Assembly (NCBI GenBank): GCA_963758525.1
Contig: CAVWVQ010000003.1
Span: 4,480,001 to 4,544,000, forward strand
Direction: 5' to 3'
DNA: 64,000 nt
Origin: an uncultured Phycisphaerales bacterium
GTDB taxonomy: Bacteria > Planctomycetota > Phycisphaerae > Tepidisphaerales > Tepidisphaeraceae
In this document: in pieces, positions 53,486 through 61,489 of the stretch
Numbering within the stretch: the first letter of the stretch is position 1
Layout: every line of letters begins with the position of its first letter
The notes under the pieces: model-generated
Seen by the model: only the letters and a program-made list of their open reading frames with translations
Database searches by the model: none
Told to the model about the DNA's origin: nothing
Made by a program: the position numbers and the translations under genes

Positions 53486-54445
53486 TCAAGTTGCTGCGGG
53501 AGAGAAACCGACGCCAGAGACCTTGACGACGGCCTGCCACGCGGCTTCCTGGCTGGCGCGATCGTGGAGGTGTGGATGGCGCTGCGCCTCAATTGGGCCT
53601 GAGAACTTCCCTTGAGCCGAGGCGAAGAATTGCCCTGAGACGTCGGTCCCGAACTCCGACGCCTGCAGGTACCGACGGGCCGCGGTTTCCGGCGTCTGAT
53701 TCATGCCGGGAATGAGGTTCACGATTGGGATAAACACATACTTCAACAACGGGCCAGCGTTTCGCACCACCCTGGTGGCGGTCGCGCCACCGGGCGAGAC
53801 AGCGTATACGGCCATGCCGGAGGGTAAACGGCGAGCCAGCGCCGCGACCCACCAGGCGATAATGAGCTTCGCGTCGGCATACGCATTGTTGGGCACGTAC
53901 TTCACGTTCGGCCCGTTGCGAATCAGGGCTTCCACAGCGGCGGTTCGGTCACCCTGGTGGTATTTGGCGGCGAAGGCTGGCACGTCGGTGTACTTGAACA
54001 TGGGGACGCCCCCGCGGGCTGGCTCTGCGCCGGCGACAACAATTCTCGCGGTGGGGCTAAGAAGGTTGGCGCGAAGCAGCCCGACAGTCAGTTGATGATG
54101 GCCGATCAGCGGGGCCTGAGAAGCCTCGACGCCTGCGGCCGTGATCACGCGCGCCTTGGTAGGGACCAGCCCGGCATTGAGCAGCAGGAAATCGATCGGT
54201 TGACCTAGCTTGACCAGTTCGGCCAAAGCGGACTGAACGCTTGTCGGCGAACCCAGGTCCAACTCCAGCGGCGTGAAGACCTGTGTCTTTGTCTCGGCCG
54301 CAAGCTGAGAAACTGTTTTCTGGACCTGAGACAGGCTGCGGCCGGTGACGATGACCTGACGGTAGCCCTTGTTGGCGAGCAGGCTTGCTGCCGCATAACC
54401 CAGCCCGGAGGTGGTCCCGGTGACGAGAGCGATCGAATGTTCCAT
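53486..54445 (-). CDS. SDR oxidoreductase
   Basis: LVTGTTSGLG, LNAG, YADAK. Confidence 0.85.
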   Translation of the reverse strand: MEHSIALVTGTTSGLGYAAASLLANKGYRQVIVTGRSLSQVQKTVSQLAAETKTQVFTPLELDLGSPTSVQSALAELVKLGQPIDFLLLNAGLVPTKARVITAAGVEASQAPLIGHHQLTVGLLRANLLSPTARIVVAGAEPARGGVPMFKYTDVPAFAAKYHQGDRTAAVEALIRNGPNVKYVPNNAYADAKLIIAWWVAALARRLPSGMAVYAVSPGGATATRVVRNAGPLLKYVFIPIVNLIPGMNQTPETAARRYLQASEFGTDVSGQFFASAQGKFSGPIEAQRHPHLHDRASQEAAWQAVVKVSGVGFSPAAT

Positions 54446-54573
54446 TGGGCGTCTCCGTGGCAAAGGGTGAAGGTCGAGTCGTGAGGCCCCGCGAGGACAG
54501 AGCCAGCTTGCCGATTTTGAACTATTCGGTTATATATTGGTGCGATGGCCCCAGTCAAGGAGTATTGAACTAA

Positions 54574-55209
54574 ATGTTTCAAAATACCGCCAGGACGCGT
54601 GGACGGCCGCGCAGCTTCGACGAGAGCGACGCTCTGAAAAAGGCGACCCAGGTATTCTGGTCGAAGGGCTACGACGGAGTGACGATTGACGATCTCGTCG
54701 CCGGGATGGGTGTGGGACGGCCGAGCCTGTATTCAGTCTTCGGCGACAAGCGGAAGTTATTCTTGCGCGTCCTCAAGGATTATGCGGAGAAGAAAGGCGC
54801 TCTCGCCGCGAAGGCGCTGCTGTCGCCGCAGACGCTTCGCGACTCGGTCACGGGCTTTCTGAGGTACGCGGTCGAAAGTGCGACCGAGAAACGGTCCGCA
54901 CGGGGCTGCCTTCTGGTGTGCGTCGCGCCGCTTGTGGACGACGCTGAGGTTCAGCGGTTCATGCAAAAAGCGGCCGCCGGTGGCGCCGCGCTGGTGGAAG
55001 GTCGTTTCCGGGCCGCAATCATCGCTGGAGAAATCCCATCGGACTTTCCCGTAGCCGTGCGCGCGATCCAGGTCACGGACTTTGCTCGTGGCCTGACCAT
55101 GCGTGCGAAGTTAGGGACGCCGCGCAAGACGCTTCTCAGGGATGCCGAAGAAGCGGCCGACTTGGTGCTCCAGCCGCGACTGAAGGCCATCGGCGAGCAG
55201 AAGCTATAG
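54574..55209 (+). CDS. TetR/AcrR regulator divergent from the SDR
   Basis: RGRPRSFD, FWSKGY, SLYSVFGDKRKLF, RGCLL. Confidence 0.9.
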   Translation: MFQNTARTRGRPRSFDESDALKKATQVFWSKGYDGVTIDDLVAGMGVGRPSLYSVFGDKRKLFLRVLKDYAEKKGALAAKALLSPQTLRDSVTGFLRYAVESATEKRSARGCLLVCVAPLVDDAEVQRFMQKAAAGGAALVEGRFRAAIIAGEIPSDFPVAVRAIQVTDFARGLTMRAKLGTPRKTLLRDAEEAADLVLQPRLKAIGEQKL

Positions 55210-55280
55210 CGAGCCCTCACATTTCTCTTTCGGGTTCATGCCGTTATAAATCCGGATCGCGCTGCAAAGGAAGCGGCACT

Positions 55281-55883
55281 ATGGATGAACCCATCCCCGG
55301 ATACGCCTTCGGCTCCGCGGGTATTCCACACGCCCGGATCACACTGGCGGAGCTGGCCGCGCTGCGACTCAGCGTCGGCTTGAGCTCTCAAGATTGCCAG
55401 GCCCTGTCACGTGCGGGAGATATCCTTGCCGGCCAGACGCATCAGATCGTGCAGCACTGGCGGGCCGGGATTATCGCGTCAATTCCTCATCTGGCGCGGC
55501 ACTCCAGATCACTCGATGATCAACCGCTGCCCGACTACCTCAAACGCAGCAACCGTCGATTCGAACAGTGGATCCTCGACACGTGCCGCCGTCCGTACGA
55601 CCAGGACTGGCTGAATTACCAGATGGAGATCGCACGCAGGCATACGCCGGCGAAGAAGAACCAGACGGACGGCGTGCAATCAACGCCGTTCGTGCCGCTC
55701 CGCGACATCATCGGCTTCGTCGCCGTGATGAACCAGACGATCAAACCGTATCTCGGCAGCACTGGCGCGTCCGCCGCAGACATCGAGCAAATGCACCAGG
55801 CCTGGTGTAAGTCCTTGCAATTGCAGATTGCGCTCTGGGCGAAACTTTACGCTGATCCGGACGCCGCGCCGGGTCAGTGGTGA
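55281..55883 (+). CDS. Protoglobin
   Basis: IPGYAFG, RFEQWILDT, YDQDWLNYQMEIARRHT..KKNQTD, AWCKS. Confidence 0.88.
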   Translation: MDEPIPGYAFGSAGIPHARITLAELAALRLSVGLSSQDCQALSRAGDILAGQTHQIVQHWRAGIIASIPHLARHSRSLDDQPLPDYLKRSNRRFEQWILDTCRRPYDQDWLNYQMEIARRHTPAKKNQTDGVQSTPFVPLRDIIGFVAVMNQTIKPYLGSTGASAADIEQMHQAWCKSLQLQIALWAKLYADPDAAPGQW

Positions 55884-55913
55884 TGGCCAATATCCAATCG
55901 GAGAACCCTTATC

Positions 55914-57314
55914 GTGAACGTTGAAAGCTACCGCAACGTGATCATCGGCAGCGGCGAAGGGGGCAAGAGCCTTGCCTGGCACTTCGCCGCACAGGGCGAG
56001 CGCACGATCGTCATTGAACGCCGCTGGGTGGGCGGGTCGTGCCCCAATACGAACTGCCTGCCGAGCAAAAATGAGATTTGGAGCGCAAAGGTGGCCGACC
56101 TGGTCCGCCACGGGGCGCAATTCGGCGTGACCATACCGCAGTTCTCGATCGACATGAAGGCGGTGGTCCAATGGAAGCGCCGCATGGTGGCCGATCTGGT
56201 TCGGATCCACCTCGAAAAATACCGAGCAACCGGAGCGGAACTGGTCATGGGCACTGCGCGCTTCGTCGGGCCGAAGACGACCGAAATCGCATTGAACCAC
56301 GGCGGTACGCGGACGGTGGCGGGCGAGCGCCTCTTTCTGAATCTGGGCACCCGGCCGGCACTCCCGGCGGTGGCCGGCCTGGCGGATGCGGGGCCGCTCA
56401 CGCACATTGAGATGCTCGAGCTGGATCATCTGCCCGAGCACCTTATCGTCGTCGGCGGCGGGTACGTGGGCCTGGAGTTCGCGCAGGCGTACCGCCGGTT
56501 TGGAAGCGACGTCACGATTGTTCAGCACGGGCCGCAACTGCTGGCAGGTCAGGATCCCGACGCGGCCGAGGCCGTTCGGCAACTGCTGGTCGACGAGGGA
56601 ATCAACGTTCTCGTCTCCACCGAAATGGCCGGCGTGACGGGCAAATGCGGTGAGAGCGTTGCCGTCACTCTGCGGACCGCCGCTGGCGAGCGGGTGGTCC
56701 GCGGCACGCACCTGATGGTGGCCACGGGCAGAATCCCCAACACAGCCGGGATCGGCCTCGAGCAACTGGGTGTCGAATTGGACGCCCGCGGATGGCTGAA
56801 AGTGAACGATCGACTCGAAACGACTGCCCCCGAGGTGTGGGGCATCGGCGAATGCGCCGGCACGCCGCAGTTCACGCACGTGTCGTACGACGACTACCGG
56901 ATCATTCGCGACAACCTCGGCGGGGGAAGCCGGACCACCGCGGATCGCGTGATCCCGTCCTGCCTATACACCGATCCGCCGCTGGCGCATATCGGCCTGA
57001 CGGAAACACAAGGCCAGCGGAGCGGTAGGCGCTTGCGGGTGGCCCGTATCCCGATGGGCGCGGTGCTTCGCAGCCGGACGTTGGACGAAACGCGCGGGTT
57101 CATGAAAGCGTTGATCGGAGATGACGACCGCATTCTCGGCTTCACGATGTTCGGCCCCGAGGCCGGCGAAGTGATGGCCGTCGTGCAGACGGCCATGCTT
57201 GCGGGGCTTGCGTACACCGCCCTGCGTGACGCGGTGCTGGCCCACCCGACCATGGCCGAGGGGCTCAACGTTCTGTTCTCCGGCGTCCGGCCGGTGGGCT
57301 CCGTGGCCCATTGA
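55914..57314 (+). CDS. Pyridine nucleotide-disulfide oxidoreductase (RclA/YkgC/MerA-like, no C-terminal Cys pair)
   Basis: IIGSGEGG, GGSCPNTNCLPSK, VGGGYVGLEF, HPTMAEGL. Confidence 0.9.
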   Translation: MNVESYRNVIIGSGEGGKSLAWHFAAQGERTIVIERRWVGGSCPNTNCLPSKNEIWSAKVADLVRHGAQFGVTIPQFSIDMKAVVQWKRRMVADLVRIHLEKYRATGAELVMGTARFVGPKTTEIALNHGGTRTVAGERLFLNLGTRPALPAVAGLADAGPLTHIEMLELDHLPEHLIVVGGGYVGLEFAQAYRRFGSDVTIVQHGPQLLAGQDPDAAEAVRQLLVDEGINVLVSTEMAGVTGKCGESVAVTLRTAAGERVVRGTHLMVATGRIPNTAGIGLEQLGVELDARGWLKVNDRLETTAPEVWGIGECAGTPQFTHVSYDDYRIIRDNLGGGSRTTADRVIPSCLYTDPPLAHIGLTETQGQRSGRRLRVARIPMGAVLRSRTLDETRGFMKALIGDDDRILGFTMFGPEAGEVMAVVQTAMLAGLAYTALRDAVLAHPTMAEGLNVLFSGVRPVGSVAH

Positions 57315-57427
57315 AAGACGCGGGCGTGAATTGGTTCCACCTGGAACCCCATGATGCTGTTAAGCCGCCGTAAATTTGTTGCCTTCACCACCGCAACAGT
57401 ACCTCCGTTTTCCTCAAGGAGCTGATT

Positions 57428-58072
57428 ATGTCCAAGGTTCGTGTCGCAGGTTTCTCGATATCCATTGATGGCTTCGGTGCGGGACCCAACCAACGCCTCG
57501 AAGACCCGCTCGGGCAGCGCGGCCCCGAGCTTTTCCAGTGGTTCTTTCCAACCGCGTTCTTTTGCGACATGATCGGTAAGGGTGGAGGCGAGACGGGCGT
57601 GGACAATGATCACGCGGCGCGGTCGATGAGCAACTTCGGGGCTTTTATCCTCGGCCGCAACATGTTCGGGCCGGTGCGCGGGCCATGGCCGAACGAAGAA
57701 TGGAAAGGGTGGTGGGGCGAAAACCCTCCGTACCACGCGCCGACATTTATCCTCACACACTACGCCCGCGCACCGATCACGCTGCAGGGCGGAACGACGT
57801 TCTACTTCGTGACCGACGGCATCGAGTCGGCTCTCCGGCAGGCGAAAGCGGCCGCGGGCGACAAGGATGTCAAGATCGGCGGCGGCGTTGCGACGGTGCG
57901 ACAATATCTCGAAATCGACGCGATCGACGAGATGCAGTTAGCAGTTTCGCCTGTTGTTCTCGGGCGCGGCGAGAATTTATTAGCGGGCATTGATCTGGCC
58001 ACGATGGGTTTCAAGGTGATCGAACACACGCCAACGGCTCGGGCTACGCACATCCTGCTCTCCAAAGCCTGA
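57428..58072 (+). CDS. Dihydrofolate-reductase-like (RibD C-terminal) protein
   Basis: SISIDGF, ILGRNMF, WWGENPPY, IGGGVAT, PVVLGRG. Confidence 0.88.
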   Translation: MSKVRVAGFSISIDGFGAGPNQRLEDPLGQRGPELFQWFFPTAFFCDMIGKGGGETGVDNDHAARSMSNFGAFILGRNMFGPVRGPWPNEEWKGWWGENPPYHAPTFILTHYARAPITLQGGTTFYFVTDGIESALRQAKAAAGDKDVKIGGGVATVRQYLEIDAIDEMQLAVSPVVLGRGENLLAGIDLATMGFKVIEHTPTARATHILLSKA

Positions 58073-58160
58073 AGGCTGATAGCGCAACTCGTCAGTCGTT
58101 CTACCCATTTCATCGTGGTAGCCGCCCAGGTCGGCGCAGTATCGATGCAGTGAGAAATAA

Positions 58161-59582
58161 ATGAACAGGAAAAGAGCAAGGGTAAAATTACCATCGGTCT
58201 TTCTGTGTTGCGCATTGGCTATGGCAGGGTCGGCCGCTCTCGCAGATGCGCCGGTTCACTTGGTTGTCACCGTTGATCCGCAGGCGAGCAAGAGTGAGAT
58301 TTCCACCGAGGCCGAAGGACTGAGCTACGAATCTGCCGTACTCCAGCCCGACCGGGAAGGCGGCCATTACTTCAGTCCCCGCAACACCACGTTGATTCGC
58401 CTGTTCCGCACCGTCGGCGTCAAGAGCTTGCGTCTGGGGGGCGTCACCGTCGATTTGCCAAACCTCGTCATCACTCAAGCAGACATTGATGAGTTGTTCG
58501 AGTTCGCCCGGGCGGCGGATGTGAAGGTCATCTACAGCTTCCGCCTCAAAGACGGCGATATCCAGGCGATCAAGCCGTTGGCCAGGCATATCTTCGATCG
58601 TTACGCGGCGAACCTAGATTGCATCGCCTTCGGCAATGAGCCGAACGAGTTCATGGCAAACTACGCGATGTACGAAAAGGCTTGGATGCCCTTCCTTGAT
58701 GCCGTCAGCCAGGAGAATCCAGGAATGAAGTTTTGCGGCCCCAGCGCTTGGAAAGAGGATTGGGCGCGTCAGTTCGCCATCGACATCAGCGATGAACGGG
58801 CAAAGAGGATAGCCTTCGTCGCGCAGCATGTGTATGCCTTCGGCCCCCAAAAACTGGTGAAAGACAACACCTCCGCTCGAGACCGCATGTTGTCCGTCCG
58901 CGACTACGATAACTCGTACCGTCGGTTCGTTCCGACGATACTCGAACGCGGGCTGCATTACCGGATCGAAGAATCCAGCAATTACTCCAACGGGGGCCGG
59001 GAAGATGTCAGCGACACTTATGCCGCGGCGCTGTGGGCGCTGGACTATCTTTACTGGTGGTGCGCGCACGATTCCCTGGGCGTCAACTTCCACACCGGCG
59101 ACCGCCAGCACTACTCAGCGTTCAAGACCGCGGCTGACGGATATGAAATCCGCCCGCTGTCCTACGGCCTGCTCGCCTTCAGTCTAGGCGGACACGGCCG
59201 ATTCATCGCAACGAAAACCGAAATGCCTGGAGATCCTCTTCCGTCAGACCTCAGGGTATATGCGACGAAGACCGTGACAGATGATATTTTCGTTACGCTT
59301 ATCAACCGTTCTCACGGCGTTGCCGGGCGTGCAGCCCAGGTTTCAGTAGTGCTGCCCGACTCGTTTTCTAAAATGCACGCCGAAGTGTGCTACCTGGCTG
59401 CACCGAACAGTAACATTTCCGCTAAGATCGGCATCACCATTGGAGGTGCTGAAATCGGTCGCGATGGTGGTTGGAACGGCAAGTGGTCGGTCCTGGCCGC
59501 TTCGGTCGACGAGCACCAGATTCAGATCAATGTTCCGGCAGCTTCCGCGGCCATGCTGAAACTCACCAAAGCGGAGCGGTAA
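58161..59582 (+). CDS. Secreted glycoside hydrolase, GH79-like (clan A)
   Basis: Signal peptide; LRLGG, GNEPN acid/base, IEESSN..NGG...VSDT nucleophile region, AALWALDY. Confidence 0.75.
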   Translation: MNRKRARVKLPSVFLCCALAMAGSAALADAPVHLVVTVDPQASKSEISTEAEGLSYESAVLQPDREGGHYFSPRNTTLIRLFRTVGVKSLRLGGVTVDLPNLVITQADIDELFEFARAADVKVIYSFRLKDGDIQAIKPLARHIFDRYAANLDCIAFGNEPNEFMANYAMYEKAWMPFLDAVSQENPGMKFCGPSAWKEDWARQFAIDISDERAKRIAFVAQHVYAFGPQKLVKDNTSARDRMLSVRDYDNSYRRFVPTILERGLHYRIEESSNYSNGGREDVSDTYAAALWALDYLYWWCAHDSLGVNFHTGDRQHYSAFKTAADGYEIRPLSYGLLAFSLGGHGRFIATKTEMPGDPLPSDLRVYATKTVTDDIFVTLINRSHGVAGRAAQVSVVLPDSFSKMHAEVCYLAAPNSNISAKIGITIGGAEIGRDGGWNGKWSVLAASVDEHQIQINVPAASAAMLKLTKAER

Positions 59583-59626
59583 GAAGAGAATAGCAACCAT
59601 GCGATGCCGCTTTGATGCAAATAACA

Positions 59627-61270
59627 TCATGAAGACGTGCGAGATTTTCCCCTACGGCTGGCGGCGAAGATGCTGGCAGCCACGGCGAGCAATTCGGATG
59701 CTTCAACGGGTTTTGGCAGGTGCATCTGAAAGCCGGCCATGAGGGCGCGGCGCCGATCTTCGGAGCGGGCGAACGCCGTGAGCGCGACGGCTGGCGTGTC
59801 GCCGCCTTCGGCGTCGGAGAGCTGACGGAGCTTCGAGAGAAACTCGTAACCATCTTCGCCGGGCATCCCGATGTCGCTGAGGATCATATCGGGGCGATGC
59901 TTTCTAACGGCTTCAAGACCTTCAGCGGCGCTGGCGGCGCTGGTGACAGCGGCACCGCAGGTGCTAAGCATGTGCTGGATCATCGTCCGTGCATCCGGCT
60001 CATCGTCAACAACCAGAACATGGAATCCGTCAAGATCCGGACACTTTATCGCCCCCGATGATGCAGAAGGCGCGGGCGTCAAGGGGGCTTCGTCTTGTGC
60101 GGGGTGAAGCACGGTAAGCGGCAGGGATACGGTAAACGTGGCACCTTGATTGACGCCGAGGCTGGAAGCTTTGACGGTCCCACCGTGCAATTCAACGAGT
60201 GATTTCACCAGCGCCAATCCCAACCCCAATCCCCCGTGCCGGCGTGCTTCTGACGTCTCAGCTTGCGAGAAGCGGGTGAACAAATGGGGAAGGAAGTCGG
60301 CTGATATCCCCTGGCCGGAGTCGGTGACGGTAATCTCGGTGTGAGAATTCACCCGGCGAAGGAAGACCTGAATTCGCCCGCCACGCGGAGTAAACTTGAC
60401 GGAATTGGACAGCAGGTTCCAGAGGACCTGGTGGAGGCGGTTGGGGTCGCCGGTGATCAGCCCGCCGCGCGGATCGAGCACTTTGGTGAGGCGAATGCCC
60501 TTGGCCTGGGCGGCGGGACGAAACGACTCGATGGCTTCCGATACCACGGCCGGAAGATCAACCGGCTGGACTTCCAATCGCAACTTGCCGTTCATGATCC
60601 GCGACATATCGAGAAGTTCTTCGATGAGTTGGGCCTGTGCGCGTGCGTTGCGTTCGATCGTTTCCAGCCCCTGCTGAAGGTCTTCGGGGGCCGACGCGCC
60701 GTCGGAGCGAAGAATGCTGGCCCAGCCGAGGATCGCATTGAGGGGCGTGCGCAGCTCGTGCGAGAGGGTTGCTAGAAATTCGTCCTTCACGCGTCCGATG
60801 CGTTCGGCTTCTGCCCGGGCAGCTTTCTCCCGTTCGAGCAGATCCTCACGTTCGCGAAGAACGCGCTTGATGCTGGTGATGTCGCGGGCAATTTTAGAGA
60901 CCCCGATGACGCGCCCTGAGGGGTCTTTCACGGGGGAGATGGTGACGGAGATATCCAACTGGCGTCCGTCCTTGTGGACGCGGACGGTTTCGAAGTGATC
61001 GACGCGTTGTCCGCGACGAAGCTGCTCGAGGATCTTCGGCTCCTCATCCAGGCGATCGGGGGGAAATAGAACGGTGATGGACTTCCCGATCATTTCCTCG
61101 GCTGTATAGCCGAACATCCGCTCGGCAGATGGATTCCAGCTTCGAACAATGCCTTGAAGATCCTTGCTGATGATCGCGTCGTCGGAAGACGCGATGATAG
61201 CCGAGAGTAACGCTTGCGCTTCCTCAATGGAGCCAAGCTCGGCGTCGTAAATCGGCTCATTATGATCCAT
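59627..61270 (-). CDS. PAS-domain hybrid histidine kinase/response regulator
   Basis: PAS SSDDAIISKDL; HELRTPL; NLLSNSVKFT; GLGLGL; receiver VVDDE...SDIGMP...KP. Confidence 0.93.
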   Translation of the reverse strand: MDHNEPIYDAELGSIEEAQALLSAIIASSDDAIISKDLQGIVRSWNPSAERMFGYTAEEMIGKSITVLFPPDRLDEEPKILEQLRRGQRVDHFETVRVHKDGRQLDISVTISPVKDPSGRVIGVSKIARDITSIKRVLREREDLLEREKAARAEAERIGRVKDEFLATLSHELRTPLNAILGWASILRSDGASAPEDLQQGLETIERNARAQAQLIEELLDMSRIMNGKLRLEVQPVDLPAVVSEAIESFRPAAQAKGIRLTKVLDPRGGLITGDPNRLHQVLWNLLSNSVKFTPRGGRIQVFLRRVNSHTEITVTDSGQGISADFLPHLFTRFSQAETSEARRHGGLGLGLALVKSLVELHGGTVKASSLGVNQGATFTVSLPLTVLHPAQDEAPLTPAPSASSGAIKCPDLDGFHVLVVDDEPDARTMIQHMLSTCGAAVTSAASAAEGLEAVRKHRPDMILSDIGMPGEDGYEFLSKLRQLSDAEGGDTPAVALTAFARSEDRRRALMAGFQMHLPKPVEASELLAVAASIFAASRRGKSRTSS

Positions 61271-61431
61271 TGTTTTAAAAACCGGGCTTCCACGCAGCCG
61301 CCAGATGCCGTCTGAAAATAACCAGACTTGGACATTGCGCCTATGTGGAAATTGCGCTGGCCAACAGACAGTCTAATGTAAGGGGCCTGGACGGTTAATC
61401 TTACCACGGGCACCAGTCAGTTGAGCGCAAC

Positions 61432-61470
61432 AAAAACCCCGGGACCGTCCGACTAGGTCCCGGGGCTTTC
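61432..61470 (-). terminator. Intrinsic terminator of the large minus-strand gene (possibly bidirectional)
   Basis: AAAAA CCCCGGGACC...GGTCCCGGGG CTTTC. Confidence 0.7.
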
Positions 61471-61489
61471 TAGTGCTCTGTTTGAGACG

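Noticed and set aside
55914..57314. Mercuric reductase merA
   Set aside because: No C-terminal Cys-Cys, no NmerA domain and no mer operon; better called RclA/YkgC-like.
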